Below are positions 15,682 through 25,752 of a stretch of 64,000 nucleotides of DNA, one piece after another (positions within the stretch are counted from its first letter, which is position 1; each line of letters starts with the position of its first letter). This DNA is from an uncultured bacterium (GTDB taxonomy: Bacteria > Actinomycetota > Acidimicrobiia > Spongiisociales > UBA5794). The position numbers were made by a program, and so were the translations under genes. A model generated the notes under the pieces. That model saw nothing but the letters and a program-made list of their open reading frames with translations, searched no databases and was not told the DNA's origin. The DNA is taken from positions 460,212-524,211 of the forward strand of contig CAWDDT010000011.1 in assembly GCA_963801165.1 (NCBI GenBank). The letters run 5' to 3'.

Positions 15682-17706
15682 ATGCATGTCGTCATCCTGG
15701 CCTACGGCCCGCACCAGGTGACCAAGCACGCGGTGCGTCGCGCCCGCAAGCTGGCCGGCAGCGGCAGTCAGGTGATTGCCGTCGCCGCATCACCGGTTGG
15801 GTCAGAAGCCGTCGCCTCGCTTCCCGGTGCCACCACCGTGGTCGGTTACGGAGGTTCTGCGCTCCGCACCGCGCTCACCCAACTTCCTCATGAGCCGACG
15901 CTGCTCATCCACGACGACGTCGTCATCACCACCAGGGGTGTCGTCGCTCTGGAACGAGCTCTCGCCGACGGCGGCCGCTACGCCGTTCCCTTCACCAATG
16001 ATCCAGGAATGGACAATTTCATCGGCTCTCTCCCCGCCGACAAAGAGGCGGAGCGGACTCTCGACCGGATGCGCGTTCCCGCCGAGGCCCGGACCGTCAA
16101 CCATGTGCGACCCACCTGCGTCGCCGGAGCCGCCACCGACCTCATCGAGCTCCTCGAACACCCATTGGTCGATCCCTTTGCATCGATCGATACGCCCCAA
16201 CTCGAGTTCACCGTCGCCGGAAACGCGGTCGCCTCGCACGCGACACGTTGTATCCACAGGCTCGTGGCCGATACGGTGACAAGTGGACCGCTGCTGGTAG
16301 CCGCCCTGATCGTACGTGACGAGGAGGAGATGCTCCCGGAGTGCCTGTCGTCACTCGACGCGGTATGCGACCGGGTCGAGATCTGCGACACAGGCAGTAC
16401 CGATCGCACGATCGAGATCGCACGGACGGCAGGCGCTGGCGTCATCGAGCGCCCGTGGGCCAACGACTTCGGTGCCGCTCGCAACGAAGTCCTCGGGCGA
16501 TGCCGCGACGCCGGCTACGTGCTGTGGATCGACGCCGACGAGCGGCTGATCTGCCCCGACCCTGTGCAGACCCGCCGCTACCTGGCAACCTATGCCGCCG
16601 AGCATCGGTCCTTCAATGTCGAGATCACCAACCGCGAGGCCGACGGTACCGAGCTCTACCGGTTCACCGCGGTACGCATCTTCCATGGCTCCGGAACGGA
16701 GTTCCGGGGTGCCCTTCACGAGGCCGTTCATCTAGCGGGCGATTCCCAGCCCCTCAACGGGCATGTCCTCAACCACGTCGGGATAGACCACCTCGGATAC
16801 GCCAAAGCTGTCGTCGCCGAGCGCAACAAAGCGCAAAGAAACCTCGAGATCGCCGAAGCCCAACACGAGGCGGACGGCGACGCACGGTCCGCGGTGCACC
16901 TCGCCCGATCGCTGAGCTACGCAGACGAGTCGCCGGAGAGGGCGATCGCCCTGCTCGAGGAGAGCCTCTCTGACATGCACAACCCGGCTACGGCTGCACA
17001 GATCAAGGCTCTGATCGCCGACCGCCACCTCCAGTTGGGTGACAATCGCAAAGCCTTCGACATGGCACGCGAGGCACTCGCTCTCCTGCCCGGCGACGAT
17101 ACGGCGTTGGGCATGCTCGCCAAGGCGAGCGAGCGGCTGGGCAATCCGGCGGAACTCATCGCGGTCGCCGAGCAGTTCGGCAACCCCGAGACCGACCTCC
17201 ACCTCGTGACCATCGAGCACAACCGGCTGGTCTTCCGCGACCAGCTGGTGAGCGCGTACGCCCGGGTCGGCCGGGCGGAGGAGGCCGTCGCCAACGCATT
17301 CGACCTTCTGGAGCACGATCCGGCAGCGCTCGGCAACTGGCCCGACTTGATCGCATGCCTCAGCACCCAATTCGGCGAAGCCGCACTCGAGTTGATCACC
17401 CCGCTCGCTCTCATGGACACCGTCGGTGGATTCCTCGAGCCCATCATCAAGACCTACGCCTCCGCCGCCGTTGCCGGCTTCTGTGTCGCCTACGCGAGCC
17501 GGGGTGGGGCGATCGCCGACGCAACCCGGGTCGGTCTGCTCGCTGCGGCTATGGCCGGCGACGACTCCTCATTCGAGACGCTGGCAGCCAAGGCAAGCGA
17601 CCTCGACCCGTTCGTGCGGGTTGGTCTCGCCGACAAGATCGCCGCCACCGGCCGCCCCGACCTGGCAGAGAAGCTCCGAGCCCAACCGGTCGTGCTCAAG
17701 CTGTAG
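15682..17706 (+). CDS. GT2 glycosyltransferase with TPR-like repeats (probable flagellin glycosyltransferase)
   Basis: ALIVRDEE..L..CL, DTGSTD.T, W.NDF.AARN, IDADE, HE, HLGY; helical C-terminus; adjacent to flagellin. Confidence 0.85.
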   Translation: MHVVILAYGPHQVTKHAVRRARKLAGSGSQVIAVAASPVGSEAVASLPGATTVVGYGGSALRTALTQLPHEPTLLIHDDVVITTRGVVALERALADGGRYAVPFTNDPGMDNFIGSLPADKEAERTLDRMRVPAEARTVNHVRPTCVAGAATDLIELLEHPLVDPFASIDTPQLEFTVAGNAVASHATRCIHRLVADTVTSGPLLVAALIVRDEEEMLPECLSSLDAVCDRVEICDTGSTDRTIEIARTAGAGVIERPWANDFGAARNEVLGRCRDAGYVLWIDADERLICPDPVQTRRYLATYAAEHRSFNVEITNREADGTELYRFTAVRIFHGSGTEFRGALHEAVHLAGDSQPLNGHVLNHVGIDHLGYAKAVVAERNKAQRNLEIAEAQHEADGDARSAVHLARSLSYADESPERAIALLEESLSDMHNPATAAQIKALIADRHLQLGDNRKAFDMAREALALLPGDDTALGMLAKASERLGNPAELIAVAEQFGNPETDLHLVTIEHNRLVFRDQLVSAYARVGRAEEAVANAFDLLEHDPAALGNWPDLIACLSTQFGEAALELITPLALMDTVGGFLEPIIKTYASAAVAGFCVAYASRGGAIADATRVGLLAAAMAGDDSSFETLAAKASDLDPFVRVGLADKIAATGRPDLAEKLRAQPVVLKL

Positions 17707-17799
17707 CAGCGTCGGGAGCAGCGTATTCGCCTCCAGGGGAGATGACCTCGAGCCAGATCGGCGTACGGACCACTATACATCGAGTGTATAGGTGCCCTC

Positions 17800-18330
17800 A
17801 TGTCCACTTCGTACGCTCTGCTCGGGATCCTGGGCCGCCGGCCCAGTTATGGCTACGACCTGAAGCGCGGCTACGACACGCTTTATGGCAGAGAGAAGCC
17901 CCTTGCCTTCGGGCAGGTTTACGCCACCCTGTCCCGACTGCTCCGGGATCAGAAAATCTCCGAACAGGGCACGAGGCAGGGCGGCGGGCCGGAACGAAAG
18001 CTGTACGCCATCACCGACGTGGGCCGCAACGACGTCGAGGCGTGGCTTGCCACCCCGGAGGACGTCCACCCGAACGCGCAGACGGTGCTGTTCATCAAGG
18101 TCGTCACCGCGATCCTCCTCGACAAGCTGCCCGACGAGTACCTGGACACCCAACGCGCCTCTCACCTGGATCGGATGCGCGAGCTCACCAAGACGCGCCG
18201 CCAGGGTGATCTCGCTCAAGCTTTGCGGGCCGACTACGCCCTCTTCCACCTCGAGGCCGATCTGAGGTGGATCGACTTGACCGTCGCCCGATTGGGGCGC
18301 CTAAAACAGGAGATACGGAATGCCGGTTAG
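17800..18330 (+). CDS. PadR family regulator with Vir_act_alpha_C domain
   Basis: ALLG.L...PSYGYDLK, GQVY.TL.RL, GPERK.Y.IT..G, HLEADLRW. Confidence 0.92.
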   Translation: MSTSYALLGILGRRPSYGYDLKRGYDTLYGREKPLAFGQVYATLSRLLRDQKISEQGTRQGGGPERKLYAITDVGRNDVEAWLATPEDVHPNAQTVLFIKVVTAILLDKLPDEYLDTQRASHLDRMRELTKTRRQGDLAQALRADYALFHLEADLRWIDLTVARLGRLKQEIRNAG

Positions 18331-19015
18331 GGGCAGCATCATCGAAGCCTTGAACGTGGCCAAGGCCTTCGGCGCCACGCCGGCACTGCGGGGGGCCAGC
18401 CTGGATGTGGCCCCGGGCGAGATCCTGGCAATCATGGGGCCGAGCGGCTAGGGCAAGTCGACATTGCTGCACTGCCTGGCCGGCGTATTCACTCCCGACA
18501 GCGGCGAGATCTGGTTTGACGGAAGGCGTCTCGACACTCTCGACGAGGCGGCGCGCACGGTCCTGCGGAGAACGGCTTTCGGCTTCGTCTTCCAATTCGG
18601 CCAGCTGGTTCCTGAGCTGACCGCAGCGGACAATGTGGCCTTGCCCCTTCTCTTCAACAACGCAGGCCGCAAGAAGGCGTACCAGGTTGCGGAGTCGTGG
18701 CTCTACCGGCTCGACCTCGATGGCTTTGAGGAGCACCGGACGGGCGAATTATCCGGCGGTCAGGCGCAAAGGGTCGCCTTAGCCCGAGCCCTCGCCGTAC
18801 GACCGAGGGTCATCTTCGCCGACGAGCCGACCGGCTCGCTCGACTCGCTCGCAGGAGAGAAGGTCATGGATATGCTCGTAGACCTGGTGCGATCCGAGGG
18901 GACGACCGTGGTGCTCGTAACCCACGATCCCCGCGTCGCCGCCTATGCCGATCGCGAGGTCATCGTGCGAGACGGCAGGATCGTCACACACGAGAAGGAA
19001 GGGGTGCCTGAATGA
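18320..19015 (+). pseudogene. ABC transporter ATP-binding protein with an in-frame TAG in Walker A
   Basis: From the ATG at 18320 the frame reads AIMGPSG*GKSTLL (TAG at 18449-18451); LSGGQAQRVALARAL, ADEPTG and VTHD are intact. Confidence 0.8.
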
Positions 19016-21303
19016 TGGTGCGGCTCGGCCTACGCCTGACGCTCCGGAGTGGTCGTGAGGGCCTCGTCCGGCTTGTACTCACCGCCGTCGCGGTGGCCAT
19101 CGGCGTGGCCGTCCTCCTTGCCGCGCTAGCAGAATTTCACGCCTTTCAGGCGACGAGCGGTCGGCCTTGCTGGGAATGCACGGAGGCGGCGAGGGGCACC
19201 TCCGATTCCACCCTGCTGTTGTGGAACTTCAGCGAGAACATATACCAGGGCAAGTTCATCGAAGAGCTCGATCTCGCCGCTTTGGGACCGGATGCGTCGC
19301 TTCCGCCTGGCCTGTCCCGGTTGCCTCGAGCCGGGGAGTACTACGCCTCTCCGGCTCTGGCCGAGCTGCTCGACACGGTGCCGAGCGACCAGCTGGGCGA
19401 TCGCTTCCCCGGCACGCGGGTCGGCCTAATCGGTGATCAAGCGCTGTCGGGCCCGGGCGCCCTGGTGATCATGATCGGGTACACACCGGACGTGCTGACG
19501 GCTCGGCCGAGCACCATCCGGGTAGACCACATCGCTACCGCTCCGCAGACTCAGGGGACAACCAACCTGTACCGGATCGCGTTCGGGCTCGGCGCGATCG
19601 CGATCCTATTTCCCATCCTGATCCTCATCGGGACCGCCACGAGGCTGGCGGCGGCGCGGCGTGAGGAGCGGTACGCGGCAATGCGGCTAGTGGGTGCCAC
19701 GCCCCGGCAGATCAATGTCATAGCCTCGGCGGACGCGGCCGTAAGCGCATTCGCAGGCACGATCCTCGGCATTTCGCTGTTCCAGAGCCTCCGTCCCACG
19801 CTCGCCGACGTCGCTCTTTCCGGGGCCCGGTTCTTCCCGGAGACGGTCACTCCCACCTTCGAGGGATACGTCGCCATCGTCGTATTCGTGCCACTCGCCG
19901 CGGCTGCGGCCGCGATGGTGTCGCTGCGCCGGGTGCGGGTCTCACCGCTCGCAGCCAGGACACGCGTGACACCAGCCGCCCCGGGCTGGTGGCGCGTCTT
20001 GCCGCTTCCGGTGGGCATAGCAGTCTTCGCTGCCGCGCTCATGTCGTGGCCCCGATCCGGGACCTCGGGCGGGCCCAATCCCGGGCTGCTCTTCGCCGGG
20101 ACGCTTCTCATCATGGGCGGCCTGATCAGCGGGGGCACCTGGCTCACCGGGCAGGCGGCCCACTTGATGGCGAGGCACGGACGTGCGGCCTCGTCATTGC
20201 TGGCGGCACGGCGGCTGGCCGACAACCCGCGCGCCGCGTTTCGATCGGTAAGCGGGCTCGTCTTCGCGGTCTTCGTCGGCTCGGGGATCGCCCTGCTGGC
20301 GCCGACGGTGCAGGCGGTACAGAGTGGCGCAGGAGGCGATGTGACCGCCGGGTTCAACACCGTATTGCGCGTCCCGGTGGGCGAGCATCTGTCCGCTCGG
20401 GGAGCCGCGGATCTGATGAGCAGTCTGGGTACATTTCCCGGCGTAGCGCTCCTGCCGCTGTACGCGCTTGAGCAAGGAGGCGGGGTGGAGACGCCGACCG
20501 GGGAGTTTGTTGGGCCGGGCCCTCGAACCGCCGTGGAATGCTCCAGACTCGAGCAGTTCCCGGCTCTGGGCACCTGCCCACCGGGCGCGACGGCGGCCAG
20601 CGTCGATCCCGACGCAATACAGGCGTTGCTGACCGACAACCCGCTCTACTTGTACAAGGCGCTCCCCGTTGTCGACGCGACCAGCCCCCCGGTCGCAACC
20701 GACCTGACCGGCTCGACCCTGGCCATATTGCCAGTGAAGACGAACGATGCCGACATCCTGGAGCGGGTGCGCACCTTCCTGACAACGTACGGCGCCCAGA
20801 CCTCGACTCTCCCCGGGGGAGGACGGGCCCTCAGCGCGTGGCAGATGGGAACGCTCGAACCGGAGACCTTCGGTGAGATCGCCCAGACGAGGAACAACGT
20901 CGTCGACAACGTCGAGGGTGTCGTGATGGCGGTTCTCGGCATCACCCTGCTGATCGCCGGTTGCAGCCTCGCCGTGACGGTAGGCGGTGGCCTGGTGGAA
21001 CGGAAGCGGCCGTTCACGCTGTTGCGGGTGAGCGGCGCCCCGATGTCGACGCTCTTCAAGGTCGTGGTTCAAGAATCGGCGCTACCACTCGCCAGCGCCG
21101 CCGCGTTTGCCGCGACCAGCGGGCTCATCGTCGCCGCCCTCTTGACCCGGGCGCTGATTCCGGCAGGAGCCCATCTGGTGCTCCCGGGCCGGACCTACTA
21201 CCTCAGCATGGGGGCGGGACTAGCGGTCTCGCTCTTGGTGACCTCCGCCACCTTGCCGCTCCTAGCCCGCCTGACCGAGCCCAGCACCGCACGCTTCGAG
21301 TAA
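19012..21303 (+). CDS. FtsX/MacB-like ABC transporter permease
   Basis: Two permease repeats (RREERYAAMRLVGAT; ERKRPF.LLR.SGAP), multiple TM segments; operon with PadR and ATPase. Confidence 0.88.
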   Translation: MMVRLGLRLTLRSGREGLVRLVLTAVAVAIGVAVLLAALAEFHAFQATSGRPCWECTEAARGTSDSTLLLWNFSENIYQGKFIEELDLAALGPDASLPPGLSRLPRAGEYYASPALAELLDTVPSDQLGDRFPGTRVGLIGDQALSGPGALVIMIGYTPDVLTARPSTIRVDHIATAPQTQGTTNLYRIAFGLGAIAILFPILILIGTATRLAAARREERYAAMRLVGATPRQINVIASADAAVSAFAGTILGISLFQSLRPTLADVALSGARFFPETVTPTFEGYVAIVVFVPLAAAAAAMVSLRRVRVSPLAARTRVTPAAPGWWRVLPLPVGIAVFAAALMSWPRSGTSGGPNPGLLFAGTLLIMGGLISGGTWLTGQAAHLMARHGRAASSLLAARRLADNPRAAFRSVSGLVFAVFVGSGIALLAPTVQAVQSGAGGDVTAGFNTVLRVPVGEHLSARGAADLMSSLGTFPGVALLPLYALEQGGGVETPTGEFVGPGPRTAVECSRLEQFPALGTCPPGATAASVDPDAIQALLTDNPLYLYKALPVVDATSPPVATDLTGSTLAILPVKTNDADILERVRTFLTTYGAQTSTLPGGGRALSAWQMGTLEPETFGEIAQTRNNVVDNVEGVVMAVLGITLLIAGCSLAVTVGGGLVERKRPFTLLRVSGAPMSTLFKVVVQESALPLASAAAFAATSGLIVAALLTRALIPAGAHLVLPGRTYYLSMGAGLAVSLLVTSATLPLLARLTEPSTARFE

Positions 21304-21406
21304 GTGCACTAACCGCACGATGGAAGCGCCAACGAGCTTCGACAACTCTGGCGTCACAAAACGGAATATGTTCCGGTTTGTAACGCCAGAGGGAAGGGGG
21401 TGTGCC

Positions 21407-22816
21407 CTACGCCATGGCCGCTGCGGGCTCCGGCTCGTCGTCGTCGACTGCCACGGGTTGTTTCACGCCGAAGCGTCGCAGGAACACGGTCCCGATGATG
21501 CCGGCGAGACCCGATCCAATGAAGATGCCCACCTTCGCCGAGTCGGTCAGTGCTGCCTCTGTGAAGGCCAACTCGGTGACGAACATCGAGACCGTGAAGC
21601 CGATACCGGCGAGCATGGCCAGGCCGATGATCTGCGACCACCCGGTATTACTCGGCAAGCGACCGATCCCCGTTCGAACCGCGATCCACGTGGCCGAGCT
21701 GATGCCAACCAACTTCCCGACCAGCAGGCCGAGTGCCACACCAAGGGTGACCGGGCTGGTGACGGCGGCACCGACGCCGTTCTCGAAGTCGGCAAACCGG
21801 ACACCGGCGTTTGCCAGAGCGAAGATGGGAACCACGAAGAAGCCGGACCAGGGAGCGAGAAACTGCTCGATACGATCGAGCGGTGAGACCGACTCGGCGG
21901 CGACCGCCGCCATCTGCATGGCGTCGTAGTCGAGACGCTCGCGGTGGTTCGCCGCCGCCCGGTTCGTCTCGAAACGGCCCAGGATCCAGCTCGTCTTGCG
22001 GTGGTACTCGTCCTCGGAGTAGAGCGGGTAGACGGGGGTCATCAGCCCGAGGGCCACTCCTGCGAGCGTGGCGTGCACACCCGACTGGAGGATGAAGAAC
22101 CAGATGACGATGCCGACCGGCCAGTAGAAGAACAAGGAACGGATGCCGGCACGCTGCGCCAGATAGACGAACAGGAGACCGGCCAGACCCAACCCGAGCC
22201 ACAGCAGCGACATACCCTGGCTATAGAAGACTGCGATGACGATGATCGCCCCGATGTCGTCTGCGATGGCCAGGGTCAGAAGGAACAGCTTGGCCCCTGT
22301 AGACACCCGCTTACCCAGCAGCGAGATGACACCAACGGAGAAAGCGATGTCGGTGGCCATTGGGATGGCCCAGCCGCCGCTGGCCTCACCACCCTTGCCG
22401 GCGACGAACACCGTGTAGATGAGGGCGGGAACAATCATCCCGCCGAGCGCGGCGATGGCGGGAAGCGCTGCTTTCTTCTTGTCGTTCAGCTCCCCGACCA
22501 CAAGCTCACGTTTGATCTCCAGACCCACGACGAAGAAGAAGATCGCCATCAACGCGTCGTTGACAAACTCCTGAAGAGTCATGTTGAGATCGAAGCTTCC
22601 GGCGGTGATATGCAGATGCGTCTCCCAAAACTCTCTGTAGGTTGCGCCAAAGGGGGCATTCGCCCAGATGAGGGCGACGACGGCAGCGACGAGCAGCACC
22701 GAACCTGATGCTGCCTCGAGTTTTGTGAAGCGGATGATCGGCCGCACGAACCCCTTGGGTATTTTGCGGTCCGAGTGGATCCAAGTGTGATGTACTCGTT
22801 CGGTTTCAGGCGCCAT
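21407..22816 (-). CDS. nhaA: Na+/H+ antiporter NhaA
   Basis: INDALMAIFF..VGLEIKRE-type motif, GWAIPMATDIAF, LAIADD, SGVHATLAGV, GIGFTVSMF. Confidence 0.96.
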   Translation of the reverse strand: MAPETERVHHTWIHSDRKIPKGFVRPIIRFTKLEAASGSVLLVAAVVALIWANAPFGATYREFWETHLHITAGSFDLNMTLQEFVNDALMAIFFFVVGLEIKRELVVGELNDKKKAALPAIAALGGMIVPALIYTVFVAGKGGEASGGWAIPMATDIAFSVGVISLLGKRVSTGAKLFLLTLAIADDIGAIIVIAVFYSQGMSLLWLGLGLAGLLFVYLAQRAGIRSLFFYWPVGIVIWFFILQSGVHATLAGVALGLMTPVYPLYSEDEYHRKTSWILGRFETNRAAANHRERLDYDAMQMAAVAAESVSPLDRIEQFLAPWSGFFVVPIFALANAGVRFADFENGVGAAVTSPVTLGVALGLLVGKLVGISSATWIAVRTGIGRLPSNTGWSQIIGLAMLAGIGFTVSMFVTELAFTEAALTDSAKVGIFIGSGLAGIIGTVFLRRFGVKQPVAVDDDEPEPAAAMA

Positions 22817-23021
22817 GCCTCTACTCCTGTCATTTCAGCTCGGGCACAGCCCATCTGCTCTGTCCTGTCATCGTCGGCAGAACATGGCACAACTAAACCT
22901 CGCCCGTTTCGAGACGGACGACCGGCTGACTCGTCTCGCACGATATCAGCCCGGCGAGGGGACGGCGACAAACCCGGCACCGGGCTCGCTACCATCATCG
23001 CCCACCCCGAAAAGATCACGG

Positions 23022-23948
23022 TTGCTGCTTCCCTCCATCTACGTCGTCATCGGTCTCATCCTGCTTATCGGCGCGTCGGATCGGTTCGTCGAGTCTGCGG
23101 TGCGCCTGGCCCGAGCGTTGGGCGTCTCGGTCGTCCTGATCGGAGCGCTCGTCGTTGGGCTCGGCACCTCACTGCCGGAGCTGCTGGTATCGACCATCGC
23201 CTCCGTCGACGGGAAGATCGACGTTGCCATGGCCAACGTAACCGGTTCCAATGCGGCCAATGTGTCCCTCGTGCTTGGCGCTGCTGCGATCCTGGTGCCA
23301 ATCAGGAGCCGGACCCGGATCCTGCAGCGCGAGGGTCTGCTCATGCTGACATCTGTGGTCGTTCTCGGTGCCGTCCTGTGGGACTTCAAGGTTTCTCGAA
23401 TCGAAGGGGCAGCGCTGGTCGCGGGCATGGTGGTGGCCCTGGTCCTCCTCGTTCGGTGGTCGGCAACCGACATAGACGGGATCGTCGAAATGAGCGAGGA
23501 CGACGTGGCCTATTCCGTGACCGGTGAGGTCCTCATCGGCGGCGCCGCACTGATCATCACAGTCTTTGCAGCCCGCCTGCTGCTCAGCGGTGCCCTCGAT
23601 CTCGGTGAGCATTTCGGGCTCAACCAGGCGTTCCTCGGTGTGCTGCTCGGTGTCGGCACCAGTTTGCCGGAGCTGGCTACGGGCCTGGCGGCGGCGCGGC
23701 GCCATGAGTCCGACCTCGTTCTCGGCAACGTGCTCGGTTCGAATCTCTTCAATTCGCTGGCCGTGGCAGGTACCGCCGGTCTCGTTGGGCCCGGCGCGTT
23801 GCTTTATCTCACCCGGCCGTCGATCGCATTGATGGTCGCGGTAATAGCAATCGCCGGCTGGTTCGCATGGAACGACAAGAAGGTGACCCGTCTCGAGGGC
23901 TTTGTTCTGCTCGTAGTCTTCGTCGCGTTCACCGCTCTCAACTACTGA
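23022..23948 (+). CDS. Calcium/sodium antiporter (YrbG/CaCA family)
   Basis: Two alpha repeats GTSLPEL...N..GSN; start uncertain (TTG at 23022 preferred over ATG at 22884). Confidence 0.9.
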   Translation: MLLPSIYVVIGLILLIGASDRFVESAVRLARALGVSVVLIGALVVGLGTSLPELLVSTIASVDGKIDVAMANVTGSNAANVSLVLGAAAILVPIRSRTRILQREGLLMLTSVVVLGAVLWDFKVSRIEGAALVAGMVVALVLLVRWSATDIDGIVEMSEDDVAYSVTGEVLIGGAALIITVFAARLLLSGALDLGEHFGLNQAFLGVLLGVGTSLPELATGLAAARRHESDLVLGNVLGSNLFNSLAVAGTAGLVGPGALLYLTRPSIALMVAVIAIAGWFAWNDKKVTRLEGFVLLVVFVAFTALNY

Positions 23949-25690
23949 TGCCGACTAATACCGAAATCGCAAGAGTCCTCGAGGAGCTCGTCACGTTGAT
24001 GACGATGGCCGAGGGGAGCAAGCAGGCCTTCCGCGTGCGCGCCTACGAGAAGGCCGTTGCCGCGGTGCAGGCCATGACGCAGCCCGCCCAGGACATGACC
24101 GAGACACAGTTGGTGGCGGTTGCCGGCATCGGCAAGAGCACGGCCTCCAAGATCCGCGAGTATGTGGACACCGGAGGGATCGCCAGGGTGGTCGCCCTGC
24201 GCAAGCAGTACCCGCCGGAGCTGATGGAGTTGACGAGGATCCCGGGGCTCGGTCCGAAGACCGTGGTGTTGCTGCGTGATCGCCTCGGCATCGACTCGGT
24301 AGCGGCGCTGGAACAGGCGATCGCAGACGACGCGCTCGAGGGCGTTCCTGGTCTGGGACGGAAGTCGCAGGAGAAGATCGCCACTGCCATTCAGCGCCTG
24401 GGGCTGCACGGCAAAGACAGAAGGACACCGATCGCGGTGGCGCTCCCCCTCGCCGAGGAGCTCGTGGCGAGACTCGAGGAGCTGCCTGAAGTGTCCCGGG
24501 CCCAGTACTGCGGCTCGCTCCGGCGCTTCAGGGAGACGGTAGCCGACGTCGACATCGTCGCTGCCAGCAACGACGGCCCCGCGGTGATGAGCCACTTCAT
24601 CGAGTTCCCCGTCGTCGCCGAGGTGATCGGGCATGGCGATACCAAGACCTCGGTCCTTACCCCCCAGGGTCTGCAGATAGATCTCCGGGTCGTCAAGCCC
24701 GGTCAGTTCGGTGCCGCCATCTTGTACTTCACCGGATCGAAACAGCACAACATCGAGCTACGACAGGTCGCCATCGACCGTGGGTTGCTACTCAACGAGT
24801 ACGGGCTCGAGGAGACGGATACGGGGAAGGTGGTTGCGTCTCGTACGGAGGCGTCGGTGTACAAGGCCCTCGGTCTCCGCTACATCCCACCCGAAATGCG
24901 TGAGGGGATCGGTGAGGTCAGGCTCGACAAGCTCCCGGACCTGATCGAGGTAGACGACATTCGCGGCGATCTCCACGTCCACTCAACCTGGTCGGGTGAC
25001 GGGCGGAGCGACCTCGACGACATGGTCGCCGCCGCAGCAACGCGGGGGCTCGACTACATCGCCATGACCGAGCACGGGGAGGAGCTGCGGATCAACGGGC
25101 TGACCCGCGACCGGATCGCCGCCGAAAAGGTGGAGATCGAGCGGCTCCGCGAGAAGTATCCCGGGCTGACCATCCTCCGCGGCTCGGAGCTCAACATCGC
25201 CCCCGACGGCGGCGTCGACTACGACCCCGACTTCCTCGCCGGGTTCGACTGGTGCGTCGCCTCGGTGCACACCCATTTCGACCTCAGCGAAGCCGAACAG
25301 ACCAATCGGGTCGTCACCGCGATGCAGAACCCGGCCGTCAGCGCCATCGGTCACCTGACCGGACGCAGGATCGGGCACCGGCCCGGAATCGAGCTGAACG
25401 CACGGGCCGTGTTCGAAGCCGCGGCAGCCACCGGAACTGCGCTGGAGATCAACGGTCACCTGCACCGGCTGGACGTCCCCTCGGAGTTGCTTCTCCAGGC
25501 GAGGGACACCGCGGGCCTCCGGTTCGTCATCTCGACCGACAGCCACCACACCTCTGAGTTCGAGAACATCCGCTGGGGAGTGTCCAACGCGAGAAGGGGG
25601 TGGGTCACCAAGGACAAGGTCGTCAACGCTCTCCCCCGCGGTGAGTTCCTCGCCTTCGTCGCAGCAAAACGTCACCAGAGTGGCGTTTGA
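23948..25690 (+). CDS. polX: DNA polymerase/3'-5' exonuclease PolX (PolX + PHP)
   Basis: FRVRAY, GIGK HhH, GS.RR..ET..DVD, YFTGSK.HN, GDLHVHS.WSGDG, TDSH. Confidence 0.95.
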   Translation: MPTNTEIARVLEELVTLMTMAEGSKQAFRVRAYEKAVAAVQAMTQPAQDMTETQLVAVAGIGKSTASKIREYVDTGGIARVVALRKQYPPELMELTRIPGLGPKTVVLLRDRLGIDSVAALEQAIADDALEGVPGLGRKSQEKIATAIQRLGLHGKDRRTPIAVALPLAEELVARLEELPEVSRAQYCGSLRRFRETVADVDIVAASNDGPAVMSHFIEFPVVAEVIGHGDTKTSVLTPQGLQIDLRVVKPGQFGAAILYFTGSKQHNIELRQVAIDRGLLLNEYGLEETDTGKVVASRTEASVYKALGLRYIPPEMREGIGEVRLDKLPDLIEVDDIRGDLHVHSTWSGDGRSDLDDMVAAAATRGLDYIAMTEHGEELRINGLTRDRIAAEKVEIERLREKYPGLTILRGSELNIAPDGGVDYDPDFLAGFDWCVASVHTHFDLSEAEQTNRVVTAMQNPAVSAIGHLTGRRIGHRPGIELNARAVFEAAAATGTALEINGHLHRLDVPSELLLQARDTAGLRFVISTDSHHTSEFENIRWGVSNARRGWVTKDKVVNALPRGEFLAFVAAKRHQSGV

Positions 25691-25752
25691 GTTAATACAT
25701 TGGTAATCGGCTGTTCACGCCCCGGACAGATGGCGACTCTTATGGTGCAAGC

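Noticed and set aside
18449-18451. Pyrrolysine or stop-codon reassignment
   Set aside because: Single case at a Ser position of Walker A; TAG is a normal stop for many genes here, and no pyl genes are seen.
22815-23021. N-terminal extension of the Ca/Na antiporter
   Set aside because: Hydrophilic and non-homologous, and it occupies the divergent promoter region of nhaA.
23948-25690. PolX as a prophage or mobile-element marker
   Set aside because: Typical chromosomal PolX-PHP; no integrase, transposase, att site or obvious composition shift in the window.
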